In this document: positions 32,907 to 37,909 of the stretch, piece by piece | Layout of the letters: each line of letters opens with the position of its first letter | How positions within the stretch are numbered: the stretch's first letter is position 1 | Source: Candidatus Pacearchaeota archaeon | GTDB taxonomy: Archaea > Nanobdellota > Nanobdellia > Pacearchaeales > GW2011-AR1 | Direction of reading: 5' to 3' | Assembly: GCA_016866915.1 (NCBI GenBank) | Contig: VGKR01000001.1 | Location: forward strand, 1-37,909 | DNA: 37,909 bases | Notes under the pieces: model-generated | Told to the model about the DNA's origin: nothing | What the model saw: only the letters and a program-made list of their open reading frames with translations | Databases searched by the model: none | Position numbers and translations under genes: made by a program

Positions 32907-34484
32907 ATGGAATTTTTAGAAAAAATTTCTCCTCGAGAATATCAAGAAAATATTCTGAAGACCTGCGTGGATAAAAACTGTCTGGTAGTTCTTCCAACAG
33001 GAATTGGTAAGACTCTGATTGCTCTTATGCTTAGTATTGAAAGAATGAAAAAATTTCCTGGAGAAAAGGTTGTTTTTCTAGCTCCGACAAAACCTCTTGC
33101 AGAACAACATTTAATTTATTTTAAAAAACATCTTCCCGAGCTTTTTGGAGATTTGCAGTTATTTACAGGACAAGTTAAATCTGAAAAAAGAAAAGAAATT
33201 TGGGAAACAGCAGATATTATCTTTTCAACACCCCAGTGCATTGCAAATGATTTAAGAAAGAATCTCTACACTTTGGTCGGAGTTTGCTTGTTGATTGAAG
33301 ACGAGGCCCATAGATGTATAAAAAATTATGATTATAGTTATGTGGCAAAGAAATATTTAGAGCAGGCCCTTCATCCAAGAATTCTCGGACTAACTGCTTC
33401 TCCTGGAAGTGAAGTTTCCAAAATTAAAGAAATTTGTAAAAATCTTTCAATAGAAGAAGTAGAATTAAGAACAAGAGAAAGTCTTGATGTGCAGCCTTAT
33501 TTGAAAAAACTAGAATTTGAAAAAATTGTTTTAGAATTTCCTCCTGAAATGAAAAGAATTCGAGAAATTTTGTTGCGACTTTTTAGACAATATGTAGATG
33601 AATTAAGAAACCGAAAAGTTTTTTTTGGCCCGCCTAATAAAATTGAATTAATCAAACTTCAGAAGAGACTTATTTTAAGTATTGCAAAAGGAAATAAAAA
33701 TTACAACAATCTTTTAGCCTCTAGTTCTTGTGCCCAGACAATAAGAATACAGCATGCTCTGGAATTATTGGAAACTCAAACTCTGGCGGGATTTAATAAA
33801 TTTTTGAGAGAATTGCTCAAGAAGGCTTCAAGAAAAGAAAGCAGAGGAATTGAAAGATTGGTTCAAAAACCAGAATTCAATTACGCATTTGTTAATTCTA
33901 ATAAACTATTGGAAGAAGGTATAGAACATCCGAAAATTCTAAAATTAGAAGAAATAATTCGCAAAGAAAAAGAAAAAAATGAAAAAATTCGGATAATGAT
34001 TTTCACTCAGTTTAGAGATACAGCGAAATTAATTTCTAAAAAAATTAACGAAATATCTGGAATAAATACTGCAATTTTTGTGGGTCAGGGAAAAAAATCC
34101 GGTTCTGAAGATGTCCAGGGTTTAAGTCAGAAAGAACAAAGAAAAATTCTTGAAGATTTTTCATCTGGAAAGACAAATGTTTTGTGCGCAACCTCTATTG
34201 GCGAAGAAGGCCTAGATATACCCGAGGTAAATCTCGTAATATTCTATGAACCGGTTCCGTCTGCAATAAGAGCAATTCAAAGAGCAGGAAGAACAGCCCG
34301 TCTAATAGAAGGGAAATTGATAATTCTTATTACTAAAGACACTCGAGACGAAGCTTATTTTTATGTTTCAAAAGCAAAAGAAAAAAGAATGCATTCTTCC
34401 ATAGATTCAATAAAAAAAGATCTAAATAGCAAATTTTTTAGAGAAATCCAAGAGAAACTTAAAAAAAATGAAGAAAATATTTAA
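32907..34484 (+). CDS. hef: Hef-type (FANCM/Mph1-like) SF2 helicase, stand-alone helicase half
   Basis: Motifs seen: PREYQ, motif I LPTGIGKTLIA, motif II IEDEAHRC, TASPG and motif VI QRAGRTAR. The start was set at ATG 32907; the track ORF begins at a TTG at 32901. Confidence 0.85.
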   Translation: MEFLEKISPREYQENILKTCVDKNCLVVLPTGIGKTLIALMLSIERMKKFPGEKVVFLAPTKPLAEQHLIYFKKHLPELFGDLQLFTGQVKSEKRKEIWETADIIFSTPQCIANDLRKNLYTLVGVCLLIEDEAHRCIKNYDYSYVAKKYLEQALHPRILGLTASPGSEVSKIKEICKNLSIEEVELRTRESLDVQPYLKKLEFEKIVLEFPPEMKRIREILLRLFRQYVDELRNRKVFFGPPNKIELIKLQKRLILSIAKGNKNYNNLLASSSCAQTIRIQHALELLETQTLAGFNKFLRELLKKASRKESRGIERLVQKPEFNYAFVNSNKLLEEGIEHPKILKLEEIIRKEKEKNEKIRIMIFTQFRDTAKLISKKINEISGINTAIFVGQGKKSGSEDVQGLSQKEQRKILEDFSSGKTNVLCATSIGEEGLDIPEVNLVIFYEPVPSAIRAIQRAGRTARLIEGKLIILITKDTRDEAYFYVSKAKEKRMHSSIDSIKKDLNSKFFREIQEKLKKNEENI

Positions 34485-35154
34485 TATTTTTTCGAAAAAG
34501 AACATAAAAGAAAAAGAACACACCAAAATAACCGTTGATTATCGGGAGAAGAATTCACTGGTAATATCTGAATTAAGTGCTTTAAATTTACAAATTGAAT
34601 TTGCTTCATTAGAGATTGCAGATTATATTATCGGAGATGTTGCAATAGAGAGAAAAACGGTTTCGGATTTTATTTCTTCTATGATAAATCGAAGGCTTTT
34701 AAATCAATTAGAAAAAATGAGTTCATATGAAAATCGTCTTTTGATAATAGAGGGATTGGATGAACAAGAACTTTATTTTGAACAGGAAAATAATAAAGGG
34801 GTGCATGCCAATTCCATTAGAGGATTTTTAATTTCAATTTTATTAAAACACAAAACACCCATTATTTTTACAAAAAATTACGAAGATACTGCAAAATTCT
34901 TAGAAATTATTTCAAGAAGAAAAACAAAAGAGATGTCTCTTCATGTAGCAAAAAAGAATTTGAATAAGTCAGAAAGATTGCAATTTATATTAGAAGGATT
35001 TCCGGGAATAGGGCCTAAAACAGCTAAAGAGCTTTTAAAAAAATTCGGAACCATAAGAAATATAATCAATGCGCCTGAAGAAGAACTAAAACAAATTCTT
35101 GGAAAAAGAACTGAAAACATCCTAAGAATTATCGATCAGGGAGTTGAAGATTAA
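34468..35154 (+). CDS. ERCC4/XPF-type nuclease with C-terminal (HhH)2, Hef nuclease half
   Basis: The ERCC4 signature is present in VDYREKNS and GDVAIERKTVSDF. The HhH region is EGFPGIGPKTAKELLKKFGTI. The ORF overlaps the helicase ORF by 17 nt in a different frame. Confidence 0.85.
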   Translation: MKKIFNIFSKKNIKEKEHTKITVDYREKNSLVISELSALNLQIEFASLEIADYIIGDVAIERKTVSDFISSMINRRLLNQLEKMSSYENRLLIIEGLDEQELYFEQENNKGVHANSIRGFLISILLKHKTPIIFTKNYEDTAKFLEIISRRKTKEMSLHVAKKNLNKSERLQFILEGFPGIGPKTAKELLKKFGTIRNIINAPEEELKQILGKRTENILRIIDQGVED

Positions 35155-35156
35155 AT

Positions 35157-35687
35157 TTAATTTTCTAAAGGATAAATTCCGATATCTTTATATTTCGGAT
35201 TTTTGAATTCTAAAATTGAACTTTTTAATTTAAATTCCTTAATCTCAAATTCTATCGGAGAAATTTTTATATTTTTGAATAAATTCAGAAATTTCTTTTT
35301 ATCTTCTATCTTTTTTATGCGGGCAATAGTTAAATGGCCCATGAATCTTTTTTCTTTTTCAAATAAATCTGCCAATTTCTCATCAATTTCTTTTTGAAGT
35401 TTTTCGCAGCCCCTTAAAGAAAGCCAAAGTATCCGAATAAATTTGGATGAAAAAACACCCAATTCCCCTATTTCAGCCTTAAATTTTTTTATTTTTATTT
35501 CATGAAGTTTTCTTTTTATTTTCTCTATTTGCTCAGCTTCTACTTCTCCTAGAAATTTTAAAGTCAAATGCAGATTAAAAATTTCTGTTTTTTTACCTAT
35601 AAATTCCGGAAGCTTTTCTTGAATTTTTGCAATTTCCTTTAGTATTTCAGAAGGAAAATCTATTGCAATAAAAATCCTTTTTTTCAT
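35157..35687 (-). CDS. thpR: RNA 2',3'-cyclic phosphodiesterase / 2'-5' RNA ligase (LigT/ThpR, 2H family)
   Basis: Two HxT/S motifs are present at the expected spacing: HLTLKFLGE and HLTIARIK. Confidence 0.8.
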   Translation of the reverse strand: MKKRIFIAIDFPSEILKEIAKIQEKLPEFIGKKTEIFNLHLTLKFLGEVEAEQIEKIKRKLHEIKIKKFKAEIGELGVFSSKFIRILWLSLRGCEKLQKEIDEKLADLFEKEKRFMGHLTIARIKKIEDKKKFLNLFKNIKISPIEFEIKEFKLKSSILEFKNPKYKDIGIYPLEN

Positions 35688-36355
35688 TTTTGAGGCGTTT
35701 GTCTTTGTGCTCTTCTTTTAGCTTTTTGAAGAGCTTTTCGCCTTTTTGCTCGTTCTCTTTCTTTTTTTCGTTTAAGACTTAACTCTCTTCTCAATTCTCG
35801 AGTTTCAATTCTGTCTAAAAAAATCAAAATAAGGAAACCAAAAAGGGCTATAGAACCGACAACAAAGAATAAAGAAATAAATCCAAAACTCTCAGCAACA
35901 GATGCTCCTAAAAATGCAGCTATAGCTCCGCCAATACCTACTCCTGCACTCCAAAAAGAATATTCAAATCCCCTATGTCTTTTATCCATATATATTGTAA
36001 AAAGACTAAACCAGCTCGGATATGCAAATGCTGTGCCTAAGCCATAAATTCCTTGTGCAATAAAAATTACATAAACATTATTGGCAATAACATAGATGAA
36101 CGGCACCAATACAATTAAAGAAGTTCCAATAAGCAATAATCGCGATTTATGTTTGTGATTGTCTATTAAAAATTTTGATAGGGGAAATTGCGCTGTTGAA
36201 CGGACAATTAAAAATATTCCTGTTGCCATTCCCGCAGTTAAAATAGTTCCTCCTTCTATTCCAATTAAAAAGATAGCAAAAATAGGAGCTATTAATCCAA
36301 AACTGCTCAAAATAAGAATATCTGAAAGAATCAATAAAAGTATTTTTTTATTCAT
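35684..36355 (-). CDS. Six-TM, MFS-like half-size membrane protein with polybasic C-terminal tail
   Basis: A loop SKFLIDNHKHKSRLLLIG resembles MFS motif A. The protein ends RRELSLKRKKERERAKRRKALQKAKRRAQRQTPQK. Its stop overlaps the thpR start by 4 nt. Confidence 0.45.
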   Translation of the reverse strand: MNKKILLLILSDILILSSFGLIAPIFAIFLIGIEGGTILTAGMATGIFLIVRSTAQFPLSKFLIDNHKHKSRLLLIGTSLIVLVPFIYVIANNVYVIFIAQGIYGLGTAFAYPSWFSLFTIYMDKRHRGFEYSFWSAGVGIGGAIAAFLGASVAESFGFISLFFVVGSIALFGFLILIFLDRIETRELRRELSLKRKKERERAKRRKALQKAKRRAQRQTPQK

Positions 36356-36390
36356 ATTTTCAAAAGACTATTCAAATTTATAAATCTTAA

Positions 36391-37194
36391 CTAGATTAGT
36401 TCAGAAAGAATTTTTGCTCCGAGTTTAACAGTAATTTCGTTTGCATCTTTTTCAGGATTTATTTCAACAAGATCAACAGCCCGGATATTTTTTAATTTAT
36501 TAAGTCTTTGAATTAGATGCAAAAATTCTCGACTCGTAAGTCCTCCGGGTTCTCTATAACCTGTTCCCGGAGCAAAGGCAGGATCAATTACATCAATATC
36601 AATAGATAAATAAATTTGCTTGTTTTTTGAAAATTCCATGAGAATATCGCAAGAGTCTTCGAGATTTTCAAGAAGTTGATTCATGCTCATTCTTTTTATT
36701 TTGTGCTTTTCTAAGAAAATTTTTTCAGAAGAATACAAATTTCGCACACCGACTAAAAAAATATTTTCTGAAGGAAATCCTCTTTCGATTAAAGCAGATA
36801 ACCATTCTTCATGAGAGGGAAATTCTTTATCAGGCTTCATACAATCTGGATGAGCATCAAAAACAATTAAACACGGTTCCTTACAGATATTCTTGCAATG
36901 ATCAAAAAAAGCACGTCCTAAGGAATAACTTATAGAGTGGTCTCCTCCTAGGAAGATTGCTCTTTGTTTTTCGCTGAAAATTTCAAGCGCATTTTCATAG
37001 ATTAGTTTATTTGTAGTTTCAAGATTAGAGTTATCTAAATGTATTTCTTCCAGGTCTAAAAGTTTAACATCTATAGGAATGTCTCTTTCATTACTATAAA
37101 TTTCTTTTAAAGCTGCAAGTATGAAATTTCCTGCTTTTTCGCATCCTTTTGTTTTTCCAAGCCCATTAATTCCTGGAACTTTTACGACAAACAT
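36391..37194 (-). CDS. Ureohydrolase family enzyme (agmatinase/arginase-like)
   Basis: The Mn-binding motifs GGDHSISY, FDAHPD and SIDIDVIDPAFAPGTG are present, along with DLVEINP. Confidence 0.8.
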   Translation of the reverse strand: MFVVKVPGINGLGKTKGCEKAGNFILAALKEIYSNERDIPIDVKLLDLEEIHLDNSNLETTNKLIYENALEIFSEKQRAIFLGGDHSISYSLGRAFFDHCKNICKEPCLIVFDAHPDCMKPDKEFPSHEEWLSALIERGFPSENIFLVGVRNLYSSEKIFLEKHKIKRMSMNQLLENLEDSCDILMEFSKNKQIYLSIDIDVIDPAFAPGTGYREPGGLTSREFLHLIQRLNKLKNIRAVDLVEINPEKDANEITVKLGAKILSELI

Positions 37195-37242
37195 AAAAAA
37201 TTAGATTAAGTATAGTTTTTAAGATTAATTATTACATTTAAT

Positions 37243-37908
37243 CTATCTCGGAATCAAAGCAAAGAAACTGTATTTTTTAAGAGGTTTTTTTGCAAGTTCT
37301 TTAACTTCTCTTAATTTTACACTCAAAATGTTTTTTTCAAAATTATAGAAATCTTTTGCATTTCCATTTATTTCATGCAGAAGAAGATTAACCATTTGAT
37401 ATTGGGAATCTTCTGTAGATATTTGGTAATTTCCGATTATTTGTTCTTTTACAGACGCAAGTTCGAATTCACTGATATTTTGAGAGGCTTTTTTAAATTC
37501 CTCTAAAATAATTTTTTTGACTAGGTTTACATGTTCCTTTTTTGTTCCAACATAAATTAAATTATACGCAAAATCTTTACCGATATTAGATTCGCCTTTA
37601 ACAGCATATGCTAAATTTCTTTTTTCTCTAATCTCCTGAAATAGCCTTGACGAAAGTCCGCCAGCCATAAGAGTATTAAGAACGAATGCTGCGTAGTTTT
37701 TTCTGTCTTTAGTGATTGGAACATGATACGCAAAAGTGAGATTTGCTTGATCTATGCCTTTTCTTTTTTCAATTCGCGTTGCATTTTTTTTCATTATCTT
37801 AAATTTTTGGATTTTTCCTTTTTGATTTCCAAAATTTTTCTCTGCTAATCTAAGAATTTCTTTAAAATCAGCTTTTCCCACAATACACAAAATCATATTA
37901 TTCGGGCA
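37243..37908 (-). CDS. M16 (pitrilysin/insulinase) family peptidase, C-terminal part; gene runs off the window
   Basis: NNMILCIVGKADFKEILRLAEKNFG and GGLSSRLFQEIREKRNLAYAV are typical of M16 middle and C-terminal domains. The frame stays open to the window edge upstream of the listed Met. Confidence 0.7.
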   Translation of the reverse strand, partial: CPNNMILCIVGKADFKEILRLAEKNFGNQKGKIQKFKIMKKNATRIEKRKGIDQANLTFAYHVPITKDRKNYAAFVLNTLMAGGLSSRLFQEIREKRNLAYAVKGESNIGKDFAYNLIYVGTKKEHVNLVKKIILEEFKKASQNISEFELASVKEQIIGNYQISTEDSQYQMVNLLLHEINGNAKDFYNFEKNILSVKLREVKELAKKPLKKYSFFALIPR

Positions 37909-37909
37909 A

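Overview
This is a gene-dense, AT-rich archaeal chromosome fragment (roughly 30% GC and about 90% coding, both judged by eye). All calls come from reading the supplied translations and the DNA; no homology search was run.

The informational genes are clearly archaeal: eL42/L44e, eS1/S3Ae, uS15, aIF2-alpha, aEF-1beta, Nop10, SRP54 and FtsY, RadA, RPA, a GINS subunit, a RecJ/Cdc45-like DHH protein, Hef, EndoQ and Bud32. Short proteins, very short intergenic regions and the absence of Shine-Dalgarno sequences point to a small-genome, DPANN-like archaeon (inference). There are four tRNA genes: Val-GAC, Thr-UGU, Gln-UUG and Arg-GCG.

The main accessory feature is a co-directional operon of about 9.4 kb on the minus strand (19603-28979) encoding a type IV filament machine. 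It contains an unusually long secretion ATPase, an unusually long polytopic platform protein and two micro-ORFs absent from the ORF track, one with an Flp-like AIISEY motif. Seven tandem genes with class III (prepilin-like) signal peptides and an A24 prepilin peptidase complete it.

The region next to this operon (29128-32871) holds uncharacterised genes: two coiled-coil proteins, one with a Tyr-rich acidic low-complexity linker; tandem paralogous membrane proteins; a PRC-barrel protein; and an M50-like protein lacking HExxH.

Other points of interest:
- A bacterial-type SLT lytic transglycosylase lies directly downstream of radA.
- A VKOR homologue sits beside the SRP genes, and many of the predicted secreted proteins are Cys-rich.
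- Two tRNA genes have short downstream duplications of their 3' ends or flanks (att-like scars).
- Hef is split into helicase and nuclease ORFs that overlap at an A8 run.
- TATA-like boxes sit about 19-24 nt upstream of start codons, suggesting leaderless transcripts. Several are followed by a recurring C-rich element and a T-run.

I found no CRISPR array, rRNA gene or recognisable transposase or integrase.
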